DNA of 20,561 nucleotides, taken from contig JBDZWC010000045.1 of assembly GCA_040256005.1 (NCBI GenBank), positions 1 to 20,561 of the forward strand, written 5' to 3'. This document shows positions 1-7,637 of this stretch, in pieces. This DNA comes from Deinococcaceae bacterium (lineage in GTDB: Bacteria > Deinococcota > Deinococci > Deinococcales > Trueperaceae). How positions within the stretch are numbered: the first letter of the stretch is position 1; each line of letters opens with the position of its first letter. The notes under the pieces are model-generated. The model did no database searches. It was not told the origin of the DNA and saw nothing but the letters and a program-made list of their open reading frames with translations. The position numbers and the translations under genes are program-made.

Positions 1-363
1 TTGCAGACCGGCTTCGAACGCGAAGCCCTGGAGTGGATCGGGCGGGACGGCCAGCCGGGGTTGGCCGACGTCACCCGCCAGGGGCCGTTCGGGCAGGCCT
101 ACACGCACGGCGACGAGGGCAGCCCGACCGTGGCCGGGGCGGGAGCGAAGGCGCCCATGGAGTTCCCTCACATCGAGAAGCCGGTCCTGCTGCCCGGCGG
201 CAAGTACGCGCAGGTGGTCATCGAGGCGCTAGCGGGTGTGCGACCCAGCTTGGGAGCCGACGTCGACGTGGACGTCGAAGCGCGTGAGCTACCCATCGGC
301 CTGGCGCTGTCCAACCTTCTGCTTCGAGGCGAGGACCACGCGCTCGAGAGCGGGCCTGCCTGA
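1..363 (+). CDS. C-terminal fragment of a 5'-truncated protein, possibly an (alpha/alpha)6 glycoside hydrolase-like enzyme
   Basis: Frame open from the window edge to TGA 361-363, with GC3-rich codons, directly upstream of the ROK gene. The tail 'GPFGQAY...GGKYAQVVIEALAGVRP...LSNLLLRG' loosely resembles the last helix plus beta-sandwich of six-hairpin glycosidases. Product call is weak. Confidence 0.45.
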   Translation: MQTGFEREALEWIGRDGQPGLADVTRQGPFGQAYTHGDEGSPTVAGAGAKAPMEFPHIEKPVLLPGGKYAQVVIEALAGVRPSLGADVDVDVEARELPIGLALSNLLLRGEDHALESGPA

Positions 364-365
364 CC

Positions 366-1349
366 GTGGGGGGCACGCCGTTCGGGACCGAGCCATACGT
401 GCGGGACGTGGGCGCGTCGCCAGACGGCCTCGCGATGAGCTTGGCTCCTGCCCCCGCCGTTCTGTGCCTCGACGTGGGCGGCAGCAGCGTGAAGAGCGGC
501 GTCGTGCTCGCGACCGGCGAGGTCACCGCGGGACCGTTCGGGACGGAGCTGGACACCACCGGTCCGGCCGGGCCCATCGTCGCCGTCCTCGCCTTGTCCC
601 TGGAGCGCCTGGTGCAGCTGGTCGAAGGCCGCGAGGTGCGCGGCATCGGTGTCTCCATGCCCGGTCCCACCGACTACGAGAGAGGCGTGCCCCTGCTGAG
701 GGGACTCGGCAAGTTCGAGTCCATCTACGGGCTCGACCTGGCGGCAGAGATCGTTAGGCGCGCGCCGGCGCTTACAGACCTCCCATGGCGCTGGCTCAAC
801 GACGCGCAGGCGTTCGCGCTGGGTGAGCTGCGTTTCGGAGCGGCGCAGGGTGCGACGCGCGCCATGTTCCTCACGCTCGGAACCGGTTGCGGTTCGGCGT
901 TCGCGGTCGGTGGCGACATCGTCACCTACGGACCGGGGGTCCCGGAGGGCGGCTTCGTCTACCCGCTGCGCCATGGGGACGGCACGATCGACGAGCTCCT
1001 CTCGGCTCGCGGCGTGCTCCGCATGTGGCGGGAGGCCGCGGCGGAGCTCGGAGTGGACCCGGAGACCGTCTTGACAGCCCGCGACGTGGGGTCGCGCGCT
1101 CAGGCGGGCGAGGCGCTGGCGCTGGAGGCGTTCGTCCGGTTCGGTCGACTGCTGTCCGCCGCGCTGGAGCCGGTGTTCGCCGCGTTCCGTCCGGAGGTGG
1201 TGGTGCTGGGCGGCAAGGTGAGCGAGAGCCTTCCGTTCTTCGGGCCAGCCGCTGTGGCAGCCGGAGCGCCGCCTCTGGCGCTCGCCGAAGCGCCAGAGTC
1301 GGCCGCGTTGCGAGGTGCGGCCGTGCACCTGCTCGAGGAGGCGGGGTAG
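366..1349 (+). CDS. ROK family sugar kinase
   Basis: Motifs LDVGGSSVKSG (phosphate-1), GVSMPGP, NDAQAFALGE, LTLGTGCGSAF and VVVLGGKVS. No N-terminal HTH. Start is uncertain: GTG 366 or ATG 435. Confidence 0.9.
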   Translation: MGGTPFGTEPYVRDVGASPDGLAMSLAPAPAVLCLDVGGSSVKSGVVLATGEVTAGPFGTELDTTGPAGPIVAVLALSLERLVQLVEGREVRGIGVSMPGPTDYERGVPLLRGLGKFESIYGLDLAAEIVRRAPALTDLPWRWLNDAQAFALGELRFGAAQGATRAMFLTLGTGCGSAFAVGGDIVTYGPGVPEGGFVYPLRHGDGTIDELLSARGVLRMWREAAAELGVDPETVLTARDVGSRAQAGEALALEAFVRFGRLLSAALEPVFAAFRPEVVVLGGKVSESLPFFGPAAVAAGAPPLALAEAPESAALRGAAVHLLEEAG

Positions 1350-1427
1350 GGTGGAGTTTCGGCCCCGCCGACCGCTGCCCCATGGAGCCGCCCCGGGAGC
1401 GCTAGGGGCGCCCGCCCTGGAGATGAG

Positions 1428-2546
1428 ATGAGGTTCGCGTTGACGCCGCTCTTGCTGTTGTCCTTGTCCGCTGGTGGTGCCGGGCTGACCCAAGGATCGG
1501 ACGGGACCTGCCGGGTGGCGGAGACGTTGCCACCGCCCGAGAGCGGCCGACCGGCCGCAGAGATGAACGCCCTCTTCGACGTGCGCGGTCCCGGCTGGAC
1601 CGGGGCTGACAGTACCTACTCGGTGCCGCTGCCCGACGGCCGCACCGTCTGGCTGTTCTCCGACACGTTCCTGGGCGTCGTTGACGACCGCGGCGGCCGC
1701 AACCGGTTCTCGCCCCTGGTGAACAACACGCTGGTGGTACAGGACGGTGAGCACCTCACGACGCTTCACGGCGGTGACCCCACGCTGCCGGCGTCCTTCT
1801 TCCCTTCGCCTACCGGCGGTAAGGACGACTGGTACTGGGTCTACGACGGCGCCGTCGAGAGCGGTCCGGAAGGCGACAAGCTGAGGGTCTTCCTGCTGCA
1901 CTTCAGCCGCTCCGGGGCGGGCCAGTTCGGGTTCCAGTGGCGCGGCAACGCCTTGGCGACGCTCTCGCTTCCGGACCTGACCCTGGAGTCCATCACGCCC
2001 GTGACGGGTCAAGGCGGAGTCAGCTGGGGCGCCGCCCTGCTGGAGACCGGCGAGCACACGTACGTCTACGGCACCGAGGACCTGGGCAACGACAAGTACA
2101 TGCACCTGGCACGAGCGGCCCGGGACGGCCTCACCGGGCCCTGGGAGTTCTGGGACGGCAGCGGTTGGAGCGACGACCCGGCCGAGAGCGCGAGGCTGCT
2201 CCACGGCATCGCCAACGAGTACAGCGTTACCGCTCACGCCGGCGGCTACGTCCTCGTGACGATGGACACCCGCACCAGCTTCAGCCCGGACCTGGTCGCG
2301 TACACCGCTTGCGATCCCCAGGGGCCATGGGAGAACCGGAGGCTGCTCTACCGGACGCCCGAGTCCGGCCAGGGCGACCTGATCACGTACAACGCGCACG
2401 CTCACCCCCAGCTAGCCGACGAGCGCGGCTGGGTCGTGAGCTACAACGTCAACAGTCGCACCTTCGGCGACCTGTTCCTCGACGCCACCATCTACCGGCC
2501 CCGCTTCATCCGCGTACCCTTCGAGGAGGTCCCGAACAAGGAATGA
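1428..2546 (+). CDS. Secreted DUF5005/DUF4185-like beta-propeller protein, putative glycoside hydrolase
   Basis: Signal peptide MRFALTPLLLLSLSAGGAG. Motifs GWTGADSTYSVPLPDGRTVWLFSDTFLG, WEFWDGSGWS, PQGPW, TYNAHAHP and SYNVNS...IYRPRFIRV. GGAG RBS-like sequence upstream. Confidence 0.72.
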   Translation: MRFALTPLLLLSLSAGGAGLTQGSDGTCRVAETLPPPESGRPAAEMNALFDVRGPGWTGADSTYSVPLPDGRTVWLFSDTFLGVVDDRGGRNRFSPLVNNTLVVQDGEHLTTLHGGDPTLPASFFPSPTGGKDDWYWVYDGAVESGPEGDKLRVFLLHFSRSGAGQFGFQWRGNALATLSLPDLTLESITPVTGQGGVSWGAALLETGEHTYVYGTEDLGNDKYMHLARAARDGLTGPWEFWDGSGWSDDPAESARLLHGIANEYSVTAHAGGYVLVTMDTRTSFSPDLVAYTACDPQGPWENRRLLYRTPESGQGDLITYNAHAHPQLADERGWVVSYNVNSRTFGDLFLDATIYRPRFIRVPFEEVPNKE

Positions 2547-4330
2547 CGCAGTACGCCGATCCGCTGCTCCGCCCCGCTGGGGTCTTCGATCCCCAGCCCG
2601 TCTTCCCGGTCGAGCCGGGCAAGATCAGCCGCGATCTGAACGCGTTGGCGCGCCTGTTGGCCGGGCAGCGGGTGGTCGCGATCGATGGCTACGTCGGCAT
2701 CCTGTGGGACGAGCTGCGGGAGGTCCTCGACGAGCGGTTCGTGGCCGAGGGCGTAGAAGTGAGCTGGTTCGACGTGCGCGAAGCACTGTTGCCGGGCGCG
2801 CAGGTCGAAGCGTACGTCGAGCCCTTCCTGGGCGGCGACGATCCCGTCTTCGGCACTCGGTGCCCCGGTCGCCTGGAGGACCTATTCGACCCAGCCAAGC
2901 TTGCGGCCATGCGGCCGGCAGAGGACGGGGTCGCGGTCATCTACGGGTCCGGCGCGGCACTGGCAGGGTGGGAGGCTTTCCTGGCCTACGTCGACCTACC
3001 CAAGGACACGATTCAGGAGCGGGCGAAGGCGGGACTCGTAGCCAACTTGGGCCGAACCGCGCCGGAGGACGCCAAGGCCATGTACAAGCGGTTCTACTTC
3101 GTCGACTGGCCGCTGCTCAACCGCCACAAGCAGGACCTGTTGCCTCGCATGAACCTGGTGCTGGACGGGCAGGAGCCACGCCGGCCCAGCTTCATGCCGG
3201 GTGACGAACTGCGGGCCGCGCTGCACAGGATGGGTCGCAGTTACTTCCGCACCCGGCCCTGGTTCACACCGGGTCCGTGGGGAGGTCACTGGCTCGAGGA
3301 GATCGTGCCCGGGCTGCCGGACGACGCCCCGAACTACGCTTGGTCGTTCGAGATGATCGCCCCCGAGGCCGGCCTCACGCTGGCGAGCGGGGACGACCTC
3401 CTGGAGGTCTCGTTCGACACGCTCATGTTCCATGACGCCGCGGGCGTGCTGGGGGAGCACGTGGCGCGGTTCGGTACCGACTTCCCGATCCGCTTCGACT
3501 ACCTGGACACGATGGGCGGCGGGAACCTCTCCGTGCAGGTGCACCCGTCGCCGGCGTACATCCGGGAGAACTTCGGGGAGCCGTTCACCCAGGACGAGAC
3601 CTACTACTTGGTGGACTGCACCCCCGGCGCCAAGGTGTACCTCGGCTTCCAGGCAGGCGTGGACCCGAGCGAGTTCAGGCGGGAATTGGAGCAGAGCGCC
3701 CGCGACGCCAGCACCCTGGATATCGAGAGGTACGTGCGCAGCGTACCCGCGGAGCGTCACGGCTTCTACCTGATCCCGCACGGCACCGTGCACTGCTCGG
3801 GCAGCGACAACATGGTGCTGGAGATAAGCGCGACGCCCTACATCTTCACGTTCAAGCTCTACGACTGGTTGCGCCTCGACCTGGAAGGCAAGCCGAGGCC
3901 TCTGAACATCGAGCGGGGCTTCGAGAACCTCGACTTCTCACGGCAGGGCGAGGTCGTGGAGGCGGAGCTCGTCTCCAGGCCGCGTGTGATAGGTCGAGGC
4001 GACGGCTGGCAGCTCGTTCACCTGCCCACCCACAGGCACCACTTCTACGACGTTCATCGGGTCGAGCTCTCTGGTCGCGCCCAGCTTGCGACTGACGGCT
4101 CGCCCCACGTGCTGAACGTCGTCGAGGGCGGTCCGGTCCGCCTCGTCACACCCGGCGGCGAGGCGGTGTTCAGCTTCGCGGAGACGTTCGTGATCCCCGC
4201 GGCCACCGGCAGCTACGAACTGGTGAACGAGGGCCAGGTGGAGGCGAAGGTGGTCAAGGCGTTCCTCAAGCCCTCCGCGGACGCTCCCCACGCAAGCGCC
4301 AGCGAGACCGGCGCCGGGCCGCGCCGGTGA
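2543..4330 (+). CDS. Long (595 aa) class I mannose-6-phosphate isomerase-like cupin with an extra N-terminal domain
   Basis: ATG 2543 overlaps the previous stop (ATGA). Cupin metal motifs LSVQVHP, TQDETYY and GTVHCSG, plus VLEISATP and FKLYDWLR. The ORF-track start at 1937 is an artefactual extension. Confidence 0.85.
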   Translation: MTQYADPLLRPAGVFDPQPVFPVEPGKISRDLNALARLLAGQRVVAIDGYVGILWDELREVLDERFVAEGVEVSWFDVREALLPGAQVEAYVEPFLGGDDPVFGTRCPGRLEDLFDPAKLAAMRPAEDGVAVIYGSGAALAGWEAFLAYVDLPKDTIQERAKAGLVANLGRTAPEDAKAMYKRFYFVDWPLLNRHKQDLLPRMNLVLDGQEPRRPSFMPGDELRAALHRMGRSYFRTRPWFTPGPWGGHWLEEIVPGLPDDAPNYAWSFEMIAPEAGLTLASGDDLLEVSFDTLMFHDAAGVLGEHVARFGTDFPIRFDYLDTMGGGNLSVQVHPSPAYIRENFGEPFTQDETYYLVDCTPGAKVYLGFQAGVDPSEFRRELEQSARDASTLDIERYVRSVPAERHGFYLIPHGTVHCSGSDNMVLEISATPYIFTFKLYDWLRLDLEGKPRPLNIERGFENLDFSRQGEVVEAELVSRPRVIGRGDGWQLVHLPTHRHHFYDVHRVELSGRAQLATDGSPHVLNVVEGGPVRLVTPGGEAVFSFAETFVIPAATGSYELVNEGQVEAKVVKAFLKPSADAPHASASETGAGPRR

Positions 4331-5127
4331 CCACGGGATCGCGTTCGGGCTTCGTGCCGGTTGAGGGCACCGACGTCCATTACGAGGTCTCGGGTGGCGG
4401 GCCCCCTGCGCTGCTGGTTCACGGCGCCTTCGGCTCCACCCGTCAGTTCGCTGGGTTGTTGCCGGCGGTAACGCGCACGCACACAGCGATACGCGTCGAC
4501 CTGCAGGGCCACGGCCGCACCGCGGACCGCGACGAGCCGTTCAGCTACGAGCGCTTCGCCGACGACTGCGCGGCGGTGCTCGATCACCTGGGGGCCGGCC
4601 CGGCGGCCGTCGTGGGCTACTCGATGGGGGGCGGCACGGCGCTGCAGCTCGCCTTTGGGCACCCGCGGCTCGTCGCCAGGCTCGCCGTGTTCAGCGCACC
4701 TTTCCGTCACGACGGCTGGCACGCCGACGTCCTCGCCAACTTCCGCGCGACCGGGTCACACCAGTGGCCGGCCGTGAAGGAGAGCCCCCTGTACCGCGAC
4801 CATGCCGAGGTCGCCCCCAGGCCGGAGGACTTCCCTGCGTTGCTGGACAAGCTCGGCGGGCTCCTCGGTCACCACGAGTACGACTGGACCGACCAGGTTG
4901 GCGCGCTGGAATTGCCCGTCCTCATCGCCCTGGGCGATGGCGACAGCCTGTCGCCCGGCCACGCGGCGGAGATGTTCGCCCTGCTTGGGGGAGGTCAGCG
5001 CGACGGCGGCCTCGAGGGCGAGGGGCTGTCGCGCTCTCGGCTCGCCGTGCTGCCGCGCACGACGCATTACGACCTGCTGGCTTCCCCGCTGCTGGAGAGG
5101 GTGCTGGTCGGGTTCCTGGCTGGCTAG
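4327..5127 (+). CDS. Alpha/beta fold hydrolase
   Basis: GTGA overlap with the previous gene. Oxyanion HGAFG, DLQGHGRT, nucleophile elbow GYSMGG, acid GDGDSL and catalytic His in TTHY. Confidence 0.92.
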   Translation: MTTGSRSGFVPVEGTDVHYEVSGGGPPALLVHGAFGSTRQFAGLLPAVTRTHTAIRVDLQGHGRTADRDEPFSYERFADDCAAVLDHLGAGPAAVVGYSMGGGTALQLAFGHPRLVARLAVFSAPFRHDGWHADVLANFRATGSHQWPAVKESPLYRDHAEVAPRPEDFPALLDKLGGLLGHHEYDWTDQVGALELPVLIALGDGDSLSPGHAAEMFALLGGGQRDGGLEGEGLSRSRLAVLPRTTHYDLLASPLLERVLVGFLAG

Positions 5128-5181
5128 GCGTCGCACGAGAGCCGATGTAGCTTGTGGTGCGACCGAGAAGGAGCATCACCA

Positions 5182-5204
5182 CGCTCGCGCCGGTGGCGCG
5201 AGCG
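5182..5204. other. Perfect GC-rich inverted repeat (10-bp stem, 3-nt loop)
   Basis: CGCTCGCGCC-GGT-GGCGCGAGCG in the 5128-5245 intergenic gap. No U-tract, so a terminator role is not established. Confidence 0.5.
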
Positions 5205-5245
5205 CGCCATCCGATCTGACGTAGGAGAGGCGAAACCGGAGAAGT

Positions 5246-6760
5246 ATGGGCGACCTACTGCTCGGCATCGACATCGGGACCTACAGCAGCAAGGGCGTGT
5301 TGGTCTCGCCGGAGGGGCGGATCCTGCGGCAGGCGAGCAAGCCCCACGGCGTCTCACTGCCGGCGCCCGGGTGGGTGGAACAGGACGCCAACGAGGTCTG
5401 GTGGGGCGACACGGTCGCCCTCTGCCGTGAGCTGTTGCCCGGAGCCCCGTACACGGGCGCAGACGTCGCTGCGGTAGCGGTCAGCGCGATCGGACCGTGC
5501 CTGCTGCCGATGGACGGGAGGGACCAGCCTCTGCGTCCGGGGATCCTCTACGGAGTCGACACCAGGGCGACTGCCGAGGTCGCTTGGTTGGAGGAGAAGT
5601 GGGGCAGCGAGGCCATCTTCGGACACGCCGGGATGAACCTCAGCAGCCAGGCCGTGGGGCCCAAGATCCGTTGGCTCCGAGCCAACGAGCCAGAGACCTG
5701 GGACCGCACCGCGTGGCTGGGCACGGCCACGAGCTTCCTCGTCAACCGCCTGACGGGTGAGCGGGTCATAGACCACCACACCGCCAGTCACTACATGCCG
5801 CTGTACGACCGTGCTGCGGCGGCGTGGACCGACGGGTTCGCTGAGGGTCTCGTCGGTAGCGAGCGGCTGCCTCGGCTCGGTTGGAGCGACGAGATCGCCG
5901 GAACGGTGACGCCGCAGGCGGCCGCAGAGACCGGGCTGAGTATCGGCACGCCGGTCACCATGGGTGCCGTCGACGCGTTGAGCGAGGCCGTCAGTGTGGG
6001 CGTGACGGCCCCTGGCGATCTGATGGTCATGTACGGCAGCACCGCGTTCTTCCTCCTGGTCACGGACGGCTTCCGCCCGTCCGCGACCGGCTGGACCACG
6101 CCCGGGGCGTTCCGTGACCAGCATCTGCTGGCGGCCGGCATGGCCACGAGCGGAGCGCTCACCCGCTGGTTCGTCGACGAACTGGTACTGGGCTCGAAGG
6201 ACTCCGGACCCGAGGTGGAGGCCGCCTACGAGAGGCTGTTCCAGGAGGCGGCAGCCGTGCCTGCGGGCGCGGACGGGCTCGTGATGCTGCCCTACTTCAG
6301 CGGGGAGCGCACGCCCATCAACGACCCCGCCGCCCGCGGCGTCATCGTCGGTCTGACCCTCCGCCATGGTCGTAGCCACCTCTTCCGAGCGGCCTTGGAG
6401 GGCGTCGCCTACGGCGTACGAGACAACCTTCAGGAGCTTGCTGACGCGGGCGGCCGCCCGCAGCGAGTCGTCGCGGTGGGCGGTGGAACACGAGGCGACA
6501 CCTGGGTCCAGGTCGTCAGCGACGTCGCCGACGTCGTGCAGCTTGTCCCAGAGACGACGATCGGCGCGAGTTTCGGCGACGCGTACTTGGCGGGGGTCGC
6601 GACCGGCTCCCACGGTTGGTCCGACCTGCCCGGGTGGGTGGGTGAATACCGCCAGGTAGTGCCGACCCGACAGGCGCGGGCCACCTATGATCGCGGGTTC
6701 CGGTTGTTCAAGGAGCTCTACGCCACGACCAAGGGCGTGGTGCACGAACTGGCGGAGTGA
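5246..6760 (+). CDS. FGGY-family carbohydrate kinase (xylulokinase/pentulokinase-like)
   Basis: Motifs LGIDIGTYSSKG, PGWVEQD, LPYFSGERTP, RAALEGVAY, AVGGG and GASFGDAYLAG. GGAG RBS upstream. Confidence 0.93.
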   Translation: MGDLLLGIDIGTYSSKGVLVSPEGRILRQASKPHGVSLPAPGWVEQDANEVWWGDTVALCRELLPGAPYTGADVAAVAVSAIGPCLLPMDGRDQPLRPGILYGVDTRATAEVAWLEEKWGSEAIFGHAGMNLSSQAVGPKIRWLRANEPETWDRTAWLGTATSFLVNRLTGERVIDHHTASHYMPLYDRAAAAWTDGFAEGLVGSERLPRLGWSDEIAGTVTPQAAAETGLSIGTPVTMGAVDALSEAVSVGVTAPGDLMVMYGSTAFFLLVTDGFRPSATGWTTPGAFRDQHLLAAGMATSGALTRWFVDELVLGSKDSGPEVEAAYERLFQEAAAVPAGADGLVMLPYFSGERTPINDPAARGVIVGLTLRHGRSHLFRAALEGVAYGVRDNLQELADAGGRPQRVVAVGGGTRGDTWVQVVSDVADVVQLVPETTIGASFGDAYLAGVATGSHGWSDLPGWVGEYRQVVPTRQARATYDRGFRLFKELYATTKGVVHELAE

Positions 6761-6776
6761 GCAGCGGCACCTGCCA

Positions 6777-7541
6777 TCACAGGGCCGTGTAGCCCCCGTC
6801 CACCACCAGCACACTGCCTGTCACGAAGCTGCTCGCGTCCGAAGCCAGGAACAAGGCGCAGTTGGCCACTTCCTCCGGCTCGCCCAGCCTGCCAAGCGGA
6901 GTACCCTGCAGCCAGCGACCGCCCCACTCCGGGTTCGAACGCCCGCGCATCGTCAGCTCGGTGGCGATGTAGCCGGGGGCCAGGGCGTTCACTCTGACCC
7001 CGAAAGGCGCCCACTCGACGGCCAGCGACCTCGCGAGGTGCGCGGCGGCGGCCTTGCTGGCGTTATACGAGGCCTGAGCCTGCGGGGTGTTGACGATGAT
7101 GCCCGACATCGACGCCGTCACGACGACCGAACCGCGACGCCTGTCGACCATCCGACGTCCGAACTCGACGCATGTGTAGAACGCGCCGTTCAGGTTGACG
7201 TCGACGACTTCGCGCCACGACTCGGGGCTCGTTTCCAGGGCGGGTTCGTTCCTGACGATCCCCGCGTTCGCGGCGAGGACGTCAACCGGGCCGTACTCGG
7301 ACTCGATCCGGGCTGCCGTGGACGCGACCGCCTGGGGATCGGTGACGTCCAGTGGTACGGCCCAAGCCCGCGCGCCGCGCTCAGCCAGGTCCTGGGCGGA
7401 GCGTTCGGCGGTCGTTGCGTCGCGATCCGCGAGCACGACCTCGGCGCCTGCGTCTGCGAACGCCCGCGCCATCGCCAGGCCTATGCCCCTCGCGCCACCG
7501 GTGACTACCGCCCTGCGTCCTTCCAACCCGAACGAAGACAT
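6777..7541 (-). CDS. Short-chain dehydrogenase/reductase, polyol dehydrogenase-like (probably NAD-dependent)
   Basis: Motifs TGGARGIG, acidic ADRD after beta-2, NAG, TASMSG, NTPQAQASYNASK (YxxxK) and VRVNALAPGYIAT. ATG 7541 has a GGAGGTG RBS. Confidence 0.9.
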   Translation of the reverse strand: MSSFGLEGRRAVVTGGARGIGLAMARAFADAGAEVVLADRDATTAERSAQDLAERGARAWAVPLDVTDPQAVASTAARIESEYGPVDVLAANAGIVRNEPALETSPESWREVVDVNLNGAFYTCVEFGRRMVDRRRGSVVVTASMSGIIVNTPQAQASYNASKAAAAHLARSLAVEWAPFGVRVNALAPGYIATELTMRGRSNPEWGGRWLQGTPLGRLGEPEEVANCALFLASDASSFVTGSVLVVDGGYTAL

Positions 7542-7570
7542 GCGGACACCTCCTGGCCCCGAAGCCACCT

Positions 7571-7617
7571 TGAAAAGATTTGACAGAACGTAGCCCTGTG
7601 CTGAATATTAGTTTACA
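7571..7617 (+). promoter_or_regulatory. AT-rich divergent control region: -35 TTGACA (7580-7585), possible -10 GAATAT (7603-7608), and two imperfect TGAA...ACA palindromes (candidate RpiR operators)
   Basis: Strongly AT-rich patch in GC-rich DNA. TTGACA followed by a 17-nt spacer gives GAATAT. Boxes are TGAAAAGATTTGACA (7571-7585) and TGAATATTAGTTTACA (7602-7617). Confidence 0.6.
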
Positions 7618-7637
7618 AGCAAACAGGAGGTGGAGGC

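Noticed and set aside
168..2405. 745-aa minus-strand ORF, and similar long antisense ORFs (5354-6814, 10238-11419, 16699-17976, 19032-19832)
   Set aside because: Antisense shadows of GC3-rich genes. They are Arg/Gly/Ala-rich, show no family motifs, and overlap well-supported genes.
1937..2542. 202-codon N-terminal extension of the PMI-like ORF overlapping the propeller gene (possible frameshift fusion)
   Set aside because: Low-complexity Arg/Pro-rich off-frame translation. The ATGA coupling at 2543 gives a natural start, the propeller gene has an intact C-terminus, and I saw no slippery site.
4327..5127. Alpha/beta hydrolase as a dedicated carbohydrate esterase of the sugar operon
   Set aside because: Only the GTGA overlap supports it. 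The sequence looks like a generic stand-alone hydrolase with no substrate clue.
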